This document shows positions 18,591 through 28,163 of a DNA stretch of 64,000 nt, in pieces. Each line of letters starts with the position of its first letter. The first letter of the stretch is position 1. A model generated the notes under the pieces. The model was not told the DNA's origin. It was given only the letters and a program-made list of their open reading frames with translations, and did not search any database. A program made the translations under genes and the position numbers. The stretch lies in the sequence record MH560358; one strand, 5' to 3'. The stretch is from Escherichia virus KFS-EC.

Positions 18591-18773
18591 TCAGTAACCC
18601 CGCTTAGTGAAGTGATCTATCATGGAATTAATACAATCGGCCTCGCTGATTCCAGATATACCCCATCCGTAGTTACCCCACCTGAAATGCATGTATACAC
18701 ATTCGCCATGATACGATACTTTCACTTCGTCAAATTCTGGGATACTTCGCATAATCATAATAATATTCCTCAA
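18591..18773 (-). CDS. hypothetical small protein
   Basis: 60-aa ORF overlapping dda stop. Confidence 0.4.
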   Translation of the reverse strand: MRNIIMIMRSIPEFDEVKVSYHGECVYMHFRWGNYGWGISGISEADCINSMIDHFTKRGY

Positions 18774-20161
18774 ATATAGTCTACACGATACCGAGCACGG
18801 GTAACACCAACATATAATAACTGCATTGCCAATTCAAAGTCAACATTGTCTGTACACATGCAAGGGGTATACAGGAACACGCGGTCTACGCTGATCCCTT
18901 GTGACTTATGAATGGTGCAAGCTGGTAATGCTTTTACATTCAAGAACATACGCCTCATCGTCCAGAAGGAATCCCAATCTGGTTTAAATTTTGGATTCTC
19001 TTTCTTCATTTCGCGATATTGTCCGGCGACCGTATTCAGATAGATAGAGAAAATGTTCTTCTGACGTTGTTCTGTCAGAATGTTGATTTCTACTAAATCC
19101 GGTTTATCTGTAGTGATTCCGACTGCATCTAAACCGACTTTCTGATTTAGGATTTCTTTGTCTTCGTCATCATCGACGCTTTCCACTTTCAGAGTATAGC
19201 CTAAAACTGGTTGCGGATCTACCCCCGTGCAACGTAATGTAAATTCGCGCGGGATGACCTCTTTAACTCGGATCATCTCACCATTGTTAAAAATAACATT
19301 GGGAATCTTCTTCCCGCGTTCATCTCGCAGATATTCGATCAACGGTTCCTGAGTAACCAGAATTTCATCTACAATCACTGGTTCATCGGTGTTATAAACG
19401 CGCTTACGTACAATTTCATTGAGTTTTTCGACGCTCTTGTTAGTGTAGGCCAGAATACGGTTTTCTAGAAGGTCTTCCGGCGTTTTAACGGTTTCGAAAT
19501 AATGCTTCATAAACTCCGGCAGAGTTGAGCTATGGAATACACCCTCGTTACCGCACTGCTTTTCGAATACCCATTTACCGTTACGGACAGCGGTCGCCAC
19601 ATCAATTATTGGCGCATTAGATCGTTTAATCTCTGTAAGTTCTACATTCTGGAACCTTTCATCGGTGAAGAAAGGAGAGATCGACGTTGCACCGCTCGTA
19701 TCAACTGGTCGTAACTGGTACAGATCACCCACAGCAATAATAACAATTCGACCGTTAATACTCTTCATGAGGATATCAAATAGTTTCTTATCGACCATAC
19801 TCGCTTCATCAACAATGATGATCTGAACATCATCAAGTTTAGGAGTATCTTTTTGCTCAAATACTTGAGTGTCTTCATAGTTGGTCGGATTGAGTCGCAG
19901 AAGTGCATGTAAGGTAAACGCTTGACGGCCTACCGCCTTACTCAAAACTTTTTTAGCCTGGTGGGTAGGCGTTGCCAAAACCACACCAGTTACACCACGG
20001 CGGACCATTTCCTGAACAATGAATTTCATCATTGCGGTTTTACCAGTACCCGCCGCACCACGGACAGTTGTATGCTTCTTTTGTTCAATACGTTTCATTA
20101 GAACATCAAAAGCATGTTTTTGCCCGTCTGTTAACATATCGAAAGTTAATACTCTGCTCAT
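18770..20161 (-). CDS. dda: Dda DNA helicase (SF1)
   Basis: 463 aa; Walker A GAAGTGKT, Walker B IIIVDEASM, SF1 motifs; T4 order dexA-dda. Confidence 0.9.
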   Translation of the reverse strand: MSRVLTFDMLTDGQKHAFDVLMKRIEQKKHTTVRGAAGTGKTAMMKFIVQEMVRRGVTGVVLATPTHQAKKVLSKAVGRQAFTLHALLRLNPTNYEDTQVFEQKDTPKLDDVQIIIVDEASMVDKKLFDILMKSINGRIVIIAVGDLYQLRPVDTSGATSISPFFTDERFQNVELTEIKRSNAPIIDVATAVRNGKWVFEKQCGNEGVFHSSTLPEFMKHYFETVKTPEDLLENRILAYTNKSVEKLNEIVRKRVYNTDEPVIVDEILVTQEPLIEYLRDERGKKIPNVIFNNGEMIRVKEVIPREFTLRCTGVDPQPVLGYTLKVESVDDDEDKEILNQKVGLDAVGITTDKPDLVEINILTEQRQKNIFSIYLNTVAGQYREMKKENPKFKPDWDSFWTMRRMFLNVKALPACTIHKSQGISVDRVFLYTPCMCTDNVDFELAMQLLYVGVTRARYRVDYI

Positions 20162-20475
20162 TATCCTAAAATCCTCACCTTGCGAACACAGATAGTATTG
20201 AGTTCTCGCCGTACCCGTTCTTTTTCATATTCAGGAATTTTATATTCGATACCATCCCGAACAATTTCAGAAGACCGGATTATGCCAAATTTTCGTTTAG
20301 GTACAACCTTGTATTTCGGTTCACCCGCCAATAGACTCTCACAATAATCTATCTGATCACACATTGACGCTAACGCAGCATCATGTGTTTCGCAAGTTAG
20401 GACGCGACCCTTCGCGTCCACTGAGTATTGAAAGAATCCGTCTTTATCACGATAACATATAGCAAATACATGCAT
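20161..20475 (-). CDS. hypothetical protein
   Basis: 104-aa ORF, start/stop overlaps with neighbours. Confidence 0.5.
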   Translation of the reverse strand: MHVFAICYRDKDGFFQYSVDAKGRVLTCETHDAALASMCDQIDYCESLLAGEPKYKVVPKRKFGIIRSSEIVRDGIEYKIPEYEKERVRRELNTICVRKVRILG

Positions 20476-21230
20476 TATAAACCTACCTTCGCTTTCATCA
20501 ATTCAATCCACGACGCATCAATCGGAAGCCCGTATTTCACGCGTTCTTTTTGTGCTGGCGTTAAGTTCTCATACTTAGAAAGAGATTCAATCAAAACGCT
20601 GGTATATTTTAGCACGATTTCGGTATTGTTTGCAATAGCCTTAAGTTTTTCTTCTTTCTTGTTGATTTCGCTAAGGGCTTGCTTGAGATCTGCAATTTTC
20701 TGATAACGTTCTTCCATACGGAAGAGAGTATTTTTAATCGCTCGCTCGGCTGCCTCTGCTTTCTCCGGTTCGTTGTGCTTTTTGTGGCGCTCGATTGCTA
20801 ATTTCTTTTCTTCGATTGCTATTTCCTGATTTTTGATGCGATTCTCGTTAAGTTCGATCCACTCGATGTACTTCGCACGTAGGGTAATTTCATCATCAGA
20901 AAGTTTACCGTTAGTTCCTAGTTCCTGGATCTCTTTAAGAGATTCGATAGTGTGATTGCCACGGAAAGAATTGTATTTCCGTTTAACCGGAATTACATTG
21001 CCATCAACATATCCTAGATTGCAATCAATGCGCTCTAAGGAGAGTCCATCATCACCTTCACCGAACGCTTCACCTGAATATGCGCAATGAGTCTGACGGT
21101 AAATGTTACGCACAGTGACTAAGCTCATAGAGAAGTCTTTGTTGCGACGTGAAGCGCCAGTCATGATAGAGTTCAGACGGAAAACAACCAGCGCCAATTC
21201 TTCGTTAGATTTAAAAGCAAACAGTTTCAT
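20475..21230 (-). CDS. hypothetical protein with degenerate HNH-like N-terminal motif and C-terminal coiled coil (occupies the srd-like position)
   Basis: 251 aa; HCAYSGEAF..DGLSLERID..GYVDGNVIPV resembles an HNH core lacking the catalytic His; Lys/Glu-rich C-terminal half. Confidence 0.5.
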   Translation of the reverse strand: MKLFAFKSNEELALVVFRLNSIMTGASRRNKDFSMSLVTVRNIYRQTHCAYSGEAFGEGDDGLSLERIDCNLGYVDGNVIPVKRKYNSFRGNHTIESLKEIQELGTNGKLSDDEITLRAKYIEWIELNENRIKNQEIAIEEKKLAIERHKKHNEPEKAEAAERAIKNTLFRMEERYQKIADLKQALSEINKKEEKLKAIANNTEIVLKYTSVLIESLSKYENLTPAQKERVKYGLPIDASWIELMKAKVGL

Positions 21231-21258
21231 AATTGATTCTCCTTAGTTGGTATGTGTG

Positions 21259-21289
21259 TATTATTGTCTATCTGGTTTGTGCTGTCAAC
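21259..21289 (-). promoter_or_regulatory. early sigma70-type promoter
   Basis: minus strand TTGACA-18-ATAATA, followed by conserved leader and AAGGAGAATC RBS of 20475..21230. Confidence 0.5.
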
Positions 21290-21291
21290 AC

Positions 21292-21795
21292 TTAAATTAA
21301 AGAAAATTTGTAAATCTCTATCAGATCGCCATTACACGCGTAAACTTCCTCGATCTCATCAAGGATCATGGTCGTCCCTGTCTTGTATATGCACTCGCGC
21401 TCATCTGCCAACATAGCATACAAAGACAGTCGAGTAGTTGGATTGTCATACTCTTTAGACACCACTCGGTCAATAGCATGTTCGTAATAATTCATGCAAG
21501 GCTTGGTAGGTTTTATTGCAATAATCTTTCCTGTTGCATAAACATCGGTTGCAAAGTCCTCTGCTGTTGATTGCAGTGGCGTAAAGCTCATAGGACGCTC
21601 TACAACGAAAGAATCACCCACAATTAAGGTATCCAGCTTACGGCCTTCTCTTTTGCTCACACCGCGATACAAGGCTTCATGATGCACTAACCGCTCAGTC
21701 TTTTCGATCAATCCATTAAGGATCGACATATCGATATTTTCTTTAGAGTTCATCACTTCATCAATGATGTTAAGTTCTTCTGGTGTAAATTGCAT
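21292..21795 (-). CDS. ADP-ribosyltransferase, ModA/ModB-like (R-S-E class)
   Basis: 167 aa; motifs in order YRG, STAED (S-T-S-like) and ERE; located between dda and gene 56 as modA/modB in T4. Confidence 0.55.
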   Translation of the reverse strand: MQFTPEELNIIDEVMNSKENIDMSILNGLIEKTERLVHHEALYRGVSKREGRKLDTLIVGDSFVVERPMSFTPLQSTAEDFATDVYATGKIIAIKPTKPCMNYYEHAIDRVVSKEYDNPTTRLSLYAMLADERECIYKTGTTMILDEIEEVYACNGDLIEIYKFSLI

Positions 21796-21802
21796 AATAA
21801 AA

Positions 21803-21857
21803 AAGCCTCCAATCTTTCGACGGGAGGCATAATAAAACCATTATAGAGTAGTGTCAA
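21803..21857 (-). promoter_or_regulatory. early promoter followed by leader hairpin that includes the RBS of the ModA-like gene
   Basis: minus strand TTGACA (21852..21857)-17-TATTAT (21829..21834), then GCCUCC-12 nt-GGAGGC hairpin (21805..21828) and UUUUUUAUU immediately before the ATG at 21795. Confidence 0.45.
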
Positions 21858-21864
21858 CTAATTT

Positions 21865-22383
21865 TTAGTAGCCGCGTTCTTGACGGGCGAAGTTTTCAGC
21901 ATTTTTCAGATAGTACAGCTTGAAGATATCCTTAGCGGTTAAACCTAAGCCCAGCATTTTAATCAGCACAAAATGCCAGATATCGATCAATTCCATCGAA
22001 ATTTCGGTTTTATCGTCATCTGACAGGTCAGCAAATTTACGCGATCGTGCTTCGCCGTGGTTTTTCTTCCACACTTTAGTAATTGCGCTTGCATCTTTGC
22101 CATTTGACATGCCACCCAGGGCAACATAAAGTTCTCGTGTCTCGTCGTCGATTGCGTCATCCCACAACTTCATCCAGTCAAGGATTTCTCCACAAGTTTC
22201 CAGCTTATCAGGATGCGGCACCCACTCAAATTTATCAGCTAGTGCGACCTGTAATCCTTTTTGCATATCTAACATTACTTGCAGCGGATCTTTGCCGCTA
22301 GTGATTGCCTCGGAATACGCAATACCAGCTTTAGACATAGTTTCATCATTAACAAGACCAGCACAAGAATTAAATTCACTCAT
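21865..22383 (-). CDS. 56: dCTP pyrophosphatase (MazG-like), gp56 homolog
   Basis: 172 aa from ATG 22383 (T4 gp56 171 aa); MazG-type EExxE motifs (ELIDIWHF); longer track ORF starts upstream. Confidence 0.8.
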   Translation of the reverse strand: MSEFNSCAGLVNDETMSKAGIAYSEAITSGKDPLQVMLDMQKGLQVALADKFEWVPHPDKLETCGEILDWMKLWDDAIDDETRELYVALGGMSNGKDASAITKVWKKNHGEARSRKFADLSDDDKTEISMELIDIWHFVLIKMLGLGLTAKDIFKLYYLKNAENFARQERGY

Positions 22384-22393
22384 AATAAACCTC

Positions 22394-22957
22394 TCAAATA
22401 ACATTAAACACTGCAAATTCACCGTGATACTTATACGCATAGTCATTATATACTATTGCGGCGTCTATTTCTAGGTCAAATTGTCCTATATAGACTTTAT
22501 TTCCTTCATTGTCCCTTATCTGGGCGACCCATTTACCCGAACGACTATTATAATGCACTCCTTTAAAATTGCTAGTTTTAGTTTGGTTATTTCTTCTCAT
22601 ATTTTGGGTATTCTGTTTTTGTGTCGCCTCTCTTAAGTTTGGAGGGTCGTTGTTTTCTGGATTCCCGTCAATATGGTCAATGACAGGTGGGCAATACCCA
22701 TGCTCTAAGAAGAATACTATTCTATGCACAAGCTCAAAATATTGTTTTCCTTCAAAAGAAAACGAGACTTTTAGGTGTCCGGCTGTGACTTTAGATACCT
22801 TTACTATATCACCAACCTTATAAAACTGGCCTTCTTTCGTCGTTCGGCTTGCTTTGCTGTTTGTTTTATGAATCAATATACCACTTTCGTGTCTATATCT
22901 TCGACGTATTTCATCCTTTAGTTCATCGCTCCATTCTTTGGCTTTCCTTACCCTCAC
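22394..22957 (-). mobile_element. free-standing homing endonuclease gene, HNH nuclease plus AP2 DNA-binding domain
   Basis: 187 aa; HNH core IDHIDGNPENNDPPNLREATQKQN; AP2-like FKGVHYNSRSGKWVAQI...YIGQF; GTG start with GAGGG RBS; inserted between genes 56 and 61. Confidence 0.75.
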
Positions 22958-22974
22958 AATACAACCCTCATTAA

Positions 22975-24003
22975 TTAAAATTTACAATATTTCATAAACC
23001 GCATTTTAGCCATCAGACCTTGTACGGTGTTCTCTTTGATATATTCCATGATCTGGTCGCGTGTAGCGCCCTCGTCCTGAATCATGGCGTTAACGTCTTT
23101 AGAATGCCACGGGCAACGGTCCCACAATACAATCTTTTCCCCTGCATTGATAAACTTTTCCAGTCGGTGCATTGTATCGGCAGACCGTGGTTCCGCATCA
23201 AGTACAAACACTCGCTGGTCTGGGAAAGGGATTTCATCTAATCCCAAAGTACCGCCAGTAATTGCACACCCGTTATCAATAAACAATGAATCGATCGGAC
23301 CTTCTAAGAAATACACTGGTTTACTCGGATCGGCGCGTTCAAGACCATAGACCTTACTCGCTAACTCGTGAGTTTTAATCGTCATATATTTGGTCTTTCC
23401 GTAATCCTTTCTCAATGCTCGCCCCTGAATGGATTCTATCTTGTTCTCGCGGTTAAAGATAGGAATCACTAAACGTGGTTCAGGTTGTGGATTCTTGAAA
23501 GTATCAGCCTTAATGTGATTTGCTACCTTTTGCCATTCTCTCGTGAAATACAGAAGATCCCATTTATCGTGAGGGATGCAACGATCACTGACATACTTTA
23601 TTATAGGATGATTAGCCGGAAGAGTATCTAATCTCTCGCAGAAAGGCAATGTTTGCACTTTCTTAATCTCCGACTTTTCTACCTTTTTCAGTGGCTTGAA
23701 CGTGGTGTTCTTGTGGTCGCCTTGTTCCTTCCGTCGTTCCATAAGCCATTCCCTGAATAGGTCCGGCTTATACTGTTTGAGAAATTCACCTAACGGCTGA
23801 TTGTAGTTACAGTTGAAACAGCCGCAACGCAAACTATCCTTATAGGTATAGATACGGAATCGCGCTTGAGTATGATTTTTCTTTGAGTCACCGCAGATCG
23901 GACAACTACAGACCAGCGTAAATGAGCTAGTATGCAACCGTTTAAAATTTCGTTCGCCGTATATGGCTTTTTCCGCTATTTCATAATCTGCGTAGTAAAT
24001 CAT
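22975..24003 (-). CDS. 61: DNA primase, gp61 homolog
   Basis: 342 aa (same as T4 gp61); N-terminal zinc ribbon CPICGDS...CFNC; TOPRIM region. Confidence 0.88.
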   Translation of the reverse strand: MIYYADYEIAEKAIYGERNFKRLHTSSFTLVCSCPICGDSKKNHTQARFRIYTYKDSLRCGCFNCNYNQPLGEFLKQYKPDLFREWLMERRKEQGDHKNTTFKPLKKVEKSEIKKVQTLPFCERLDTLPANHPIIKYVSDRCIPHDKWDLLYFTREWQKVANHIKADTFKNPQPEPRLVIPIFNRENKIESIQGRALRKDYGKTKYMTIKTHELASKVYGLERADPSKPVYFLEGPIDSLFIDNGCAITGGTLGLDEIPFPDQRVFVLDAEPRSADTMHRLEKFINAGEKIVLWDRCPWHSKDVNAMIQDEGATRDQIMEYIKENTVQGLMAKMRFMKYCKF

Positions 24004-24012
24004 AATAACCTC

Positions 24013-24216
24013 TTATAGCTCAAATTTCATGAAAGTTCCTACACTTTCATTTTCATTCTCTCCGTTTTCATCTAAGCCAAATTTGTAGACACTACCATCT
24101 GGCGATGTGTAAGAGAATACACGAAAACGGCCTACCGAATCAAGTTCTGTAAATTCATATTCTTTTCCGGCTTCAAAAAGTGCATATGTGCTTTTAAGAC
24201 ATTTCATCGTAATCAT
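24013..24216 (-). CDS. hypothetical small protein
   Basis: 67-aa ORF; ATG overlaps the stop of the small membrane ORF upstream (ATGA). Confidence 0.45.
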   Translation of the reverse strand: MITMKCLKSTYALFEAGKEYEFTELDSVGRFRVFSYTSPDGSVYKFGLDENGENENESVGTFMKFEL

Positions 24217-24371
24217 TTAAGCGCCACCGACAACAGAATGAGAACTACACCAACATACATTGTGATCTCGGATAACTTTTCTGTTTTTGTTTTGTGTCCA
24301 GATAATCCGAAAACAACAACACCGATAATAGCGGACAGCAAGCCAACGATAAACATGATGATACTAAGCAC
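24213..24371 (-). CDS. unannotated small membrane protein (about 52 aa, two hydrophobic segments)
   Basis: GTG 24371 (AAGGAG 7 nt upstream) or ATG 24356; VLSIIMFIVGLLSAIIGVVVFGLSGHKTKTEKLSEITMYVGVVLILLSVALK; stop overlaps next ATG; the overlapping plus-strand track ORF 24238..24594 is antisense. Confidence 0.4.
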   Translation of the reverse strand: MLSIIMFIVGLLSAIIGVVVFGLSGHKTKTEKLSEITMYVGVVLILLSVALK

Positions 24372-24536
24372 CGTCTTTCTCCTTTTTGCGTTTTTCTTTA
24401 CCCGCTACACTAGGTCCACGATTGGTAATAGATCCGCTCGTTTCACCTGCTGCGATCTTCTCAGGATTGCCGCCAGCATCGCCAGTGGTCATATCTTCTT
24501 TGAGTTTATTTTCTTCAACAAACTGTTTAAATCCAA

Positions 24537-24914
24537 TCATAGAATAATCTCTTTCAGTAAGTCAACAATCTGGTCTTTCGTCAGTTTATCCTGATTCTCT
24601 ACAATCTTGATAACACAAGCATTAACATCTTTTCGAGTCACGCGGGAGATCGTTTTAATACGATGAAACGGTTCGTAGAAATATACTGCTTCATTATAGA
24701 GCGCAGCAATTTTTCGACGCATTTGATCTTTATCTGACAAGAAAACAAGTGCTGTTTTATGACCTTCTACACCCGCCACGTTATATAGTTCAGCAACACC
24801 CCAGCGACCTTCCGGTTCAATCATTCCGGCGTGTTTACCGTCGATAAAAATAAGAATATCTCCGTTGAATGCGGTTTTGAATGCTACATCTTCCGGCGTA
24901 ATCATATTTTTCAT
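24537..24914 (-). CDS. hypothetical protein
   Basis: 125-aa ORF. Confidence 0.5.
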   Translation of the reverse strand: MKNMITPEDVAFKTAFNGDILIFIDGKHAGMIEPEGRWGVAELYNVAGVEGHKTALVFLSDKDQMRRKIAALYNEAVYFYEPFHRIKTISRVTRKDVNACVIKIVENQDKLTKDQIVDLLKEIIL

Positions 24915-24944
24915 AATATAGTCTCCTTAGAGTTTCATTATAGA

Positions 24945-25580
24945 TCAAGCGAATGTAGAAAGCAAATGTTTTGTTTCTTTCAGTTGTCGTTCAAGATCTT
25001 TGCGTTTCTCTTTAAGTTGCATTTTAGCATTATTTCGCTGTTTTTCAACATCTTTATCAATACTCTTATTCCAGTTATCAATATCAGAATAAGTTGGCAT
25101 ACCCAATTCTAGACCTAATGCGGTTGGATACAAGGTAACAGTCCATAAACCGCTAATCTTCTTAAATAGGTCGGGGTGTAGTGTACTATCTACATCTTCC
25201 GGTGTCAACTCTTTTTCTTCTTTCAGTGGTGGGATCTCGTCATATGGTTCCAGTGCATTTACTTTAATGTCAGATACCTCATCAAAGAATCCGCGTACAT
25301 CCGCAGGAAATACACAAGCAATTTCCCAACCGTGATCACGCAGAGAAGTAATATTTTTCACTCCCCCACCATGTGTGATGATTGATGTGACATTGCCATC
25401 AAGGTCCACCGAATTTACGAGAAATGGCTTATCGTCTGTCAGATCATTATAAAACTGTGCTTCGGCTGTAGTCATCTCCAGAAACAGATCTCGGATCGGA
25501 CGACCATCAGGTGCGTTACCTTCCTTGAGAGTATAAAAGCGACTTACGATCCATTTTGGCGGTAAAGCATTAGCGATCAT
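24945..25580 (-). CDS. hypothetical protein with C-terminal coiled coil
   Basis: 211-aa ORF directly downstream of gene 41. Confidence 0.5.
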   Translation of the reverse strand: MIANALPPKWIVSRFYTLKEGNAPDGRPIRDLFLEMTTAEAQFYNDLTDDKPFLVNSVDLDGNVTSIITHGGGVKNITSLRDHGWEIACVFPADVRGFFDEVSDIKVNALEPYDEIPPLKEEKELTPEDVDSTLHPDLFKKISGLWTVTLYPTALGLELGMPTYSDIDNWNKSIDKDVEKQRNNAKMQLKEKRKDLERQLKETKHLLSTFA

Positions 25581-25630
25581 GTTATATCTCCTATCAAATC
25601 ATTCACCAGCGCCCCGCAGGGCGCATTTTA

Positions 25631-27043
25631 TTAGAAAGTCATGTTATTTGCTAGCTCGTCGAGTTTTTCTCGTTTCTCGGCTTGCTGTGCGCTTTGTGGT
25701 TTAACCTGTGCATTCTCCTGATCTGCGATCTGGTTTGGGACTTCATACCAACGCTGATTGCCTTTTTTCACACCAACGTTAAACCGTGAATAATAGTTCT
25801 TATCACCGTAACGAGACTTGATCTGCTTCATGAGTTGGACGCCCATTTTAGCCAGGTCTTCGGTTTCGATAACACCCAACATAAAGTCGGCAGTAGCCGG
25901 AAGACCTGCCGATTCAGCGGTATCACTCATGTTAAGGTCGGAAGCATCCCAACCCGCGCGGGTAGTCTGTGCCGCAGTCCAACCAACAACATCCCACTTA
26001 ACAAAAAATCCTCGCAGTTCTTCCGCAATCGCCTTAACTAGTGTGTAACTATTTTCAGAGTATACACGCAAGCGAGACGATGCGCAAATCCCAAGATAGT
26101 CAACAATCACAACATCAGGTTTAAACTGTTTCTTGAGTCGCAATTCATTCATTAACGCCTCAAAGTGATTGGAGTTCGCGCCACCAGTCGGATACTGCTT
26201 GATCATCAATTTTCCAACCGGACGATCTCCGTTCTTCTTATTCTTAACCCGCTTCATACGTGCGGAATATTCCGCAAAAGAAACATTACCATTATCCAAT
26301 TCATCTAATGTAATGTCAAGCAAGTTTGCGTCAATACGTTTGGCTACGACATGCTCTGCCATCTCCATTGAGATATACAATACATCATAACCACATTCCA
26401 TATAATCCGCAGCAAGAGAACACAGTCCAAGCGATTTGCCAACGTTTACACCAGCAAGCAACACATTTAGCGTTTTTCTTTCCGCCCCTCCTTTCGTGAT
26501 TTTATTCAACATCGGCAGCTTAAATGGGATCTTATTCGCCTTAGTCTGATATAACAGGAATCGTTTTTCAAAGTCATTAAACCAGTCATGACCTACATCA
26601 GAATCAAACGTAATGGATAGTGCTTCCTGCATAATTTCAGGAATAGCGCCCTCACTAGGCAATTTCTTATTCTGTTTCTCTTTTGGTAGTTGTGCGTTCG
26701 CCTGAATCTCTAGCGCCCGTGACATTGCATTGTACATAGCACGGTCACGAATAAATTTTTCGGTTTCCTTCATTAACCAATCAAGGTCTTCCGGTGTATT
26801 CTCCAGCGAATCGAGAAGAGTTTTAGCCCCTTCATATGTTGTCTGATTGCCTCTCTCCTTGTCTAAAGCAATCTGTAATGCAGTTGGCGTAGGAATATTG
26901 GAATATTCGTCTACGTGCTTTTTAATCAGCTTATAAATCAGTTTTTCTTCGTCTTCGGTGAAGTAGTCCGCTTTAAGGTGAGGCCATACATTCGTAAAGA
27001 ATGCGCCATTGTAAATCAACTGTGAAAAGATAGTTTTAATCAT
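25631..27043 (-). CDS. 41: replicative DNA helicase (DnaB-like), gp41 homolog
   Basis: 470 aa (T4 475); Walker A GVNVGKS, RecA-fold helicase motifs; position between uvsX/40 and 61. Confidence 0.9.
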   Translation of the reverse strand: MIKTIFSQLIYNGAFFTNVWPHLKADYFTEDEEKLIYKLIKKHVDEYSNIPTPTALQIALDKERGNQTTYEGAKTLLDSLENTPEDLDWLMKETEKFIRDRAMYNAMSRALEIQANAQLPKEKQNKKLPSEGAIPEIMQEALSITFDSDVGHDWFNDFEKRFLLYQTKANKIPFKLPMLNKITKGGAERKTLNVLLAGVNVGKSLGLCSLAADYMECGYDVLYISMEMAEHVVAKRIDANLLDITLDELDNGNVSFAEYSARMKRVKNKKNGDRPVGKLMIKQYPTGGANSNHFEALMNELRLKKQFKPDVVIVDYLGICASSRLRVYSENSYTLVKAIAEELRGFFVKWDVVGWTAAQTTRAGWDASDLNMSDTAESAGLPATADFMLGVIETEDLAKMGVQLMKQIKSRYGDKNYYSRFNVGVKKGNQRWYEVPNQIADQENAQVKPQSAQQAEKREKLDELANNMTF

Positions 27044-27357
27044 ACGTAGCCCCCAACTACACGCATAACAAAGGTCTTGAGTTTATACCAGAAAGTTTCT
27101 TTTTTCAACTTTTCTTCTGCTTCTTTGATCTGCGCGGTTAACGCCTTAATGACGTGTGGATATACCACATCACGATCTGACGGCGTGGAGTAGTCGACCA
27201 CAATACCTTTAGTGTCTGGATCGTATTCAACATTATGAATATAGACAATATGATGTTCTCCCTCTTCATCAACAATTATCAGTTCCTGAATAACTGTCTT
27301 CATTGCTTCTTGAATCAAGCTGTGTGCTTCTTCTAAACTTGTTGGTTTCTTATCCAT
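27040..27357 (-). CDS. hypothetical protein in the gene-40 position
   Basis: 105-aa ORF, ATGA overlap with gene 41; called by position only. Confidence 0.45.
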   Translation of the reverse strand: MDKKPTSLEEAHSLIQEAMKTVIQELIIVDEEGEHHIVYIHNVEYDPDTKGIVVDYSTPSDRDVVYPHVIKALTAQIKEAEEKLKKETFWYKLKTFVMRVVGGYV

Positions 27358-27398
27358 AATATAATCCTCTCAGTCAAAATATCATTTTACTACTTTAA

Positions 27399-28148
27399 TT
27401 ATTCTATGTCAACAAATTTCCAATTTGGAAAGTCTGGACTCATACAACGACGCCGAACGGTTCCGCGCTCGTTTCCTAGTACCTTAGATACTTCCGATAC
27501 AGATTTATAAATCACACCATCAACAAATACAGCCTTTCGGTCTTTCCTGTTTTGGTTTTTGCTCTTTTCTCTTCTGGCTTCTACGTTATCCGAATCATTC
27601 CATTGTCTCTTTGCTGTCTCTCTGGAAGATATTGCCTTTTGTTCTTTAACAATATCTTTAACGAGTTGTTCTTGTCCTGTTATCTTCGCCCACACATTAA
27701 CAGACTGGATAGCATTAGCCTCACTCATTCCCCAGCGTTTGCCGGATATATTCTTACGACGCACGCGTAGAAATTCGTTAAAGACTTCTTCGCATTGGTG
27801 CATATAATCACGAAATCCATATTTCTTAGCCCATGCCTCTTTAATTGCATCAGACATATTTTCGGCAATACGTCTACGCATCCATGCATACTCCTTATTA
27901 TTGCGACCGTGACTGGTCATGCACATCATACGCGAAGCCATAATAAGACCCACATGTTTAGGATACATTTTAGCTAAAAGTAGATGTGCTGTAAAGTGTT
28001 CCTCTGGAGTCAATGGAACGAGATTTTCGTGGTCATCGGTTCCACCCATACAACGTGGTTTAACGTGATGGATCTCTACATATCCGGTCGGCTTCTCGCG
28101 GGTTCTTGCTCGTTCAATCAATTTTTCGTAATGTGCTTTGTAGTTCAT
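27399..28148 (-). mobile_element. free-standing HNH homing endonuclease gene
   Basis: 249 aa from ATG 28148 (GGAGGA RBS); HNH core YVEIHHVKPRCMGGTDDHENLVPLTPEEHFTAH; basic C-terminal DNA-binding tail; inserted between gene 40 position and uvsX. Confidence 0.75.
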
Positions 28149-28163
28149 GTGATCCTCCATATG

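Noticed and set aside
20475-21230. Assignment of the 251-aa protein as Srd
   Set aside because: Position fits but I cannot recall the Srd sequence well enough; the N-terminal motif looks like a degenerate HNH, so it is left as hypothetical
24238-24594. 118-aa plus-strand ORF between genes 61 and 41
   Set aside because: Opposite to the uniform minus-strand transcription; the minus strand here holds a better-supported small membrane ORF with RBS and coupling
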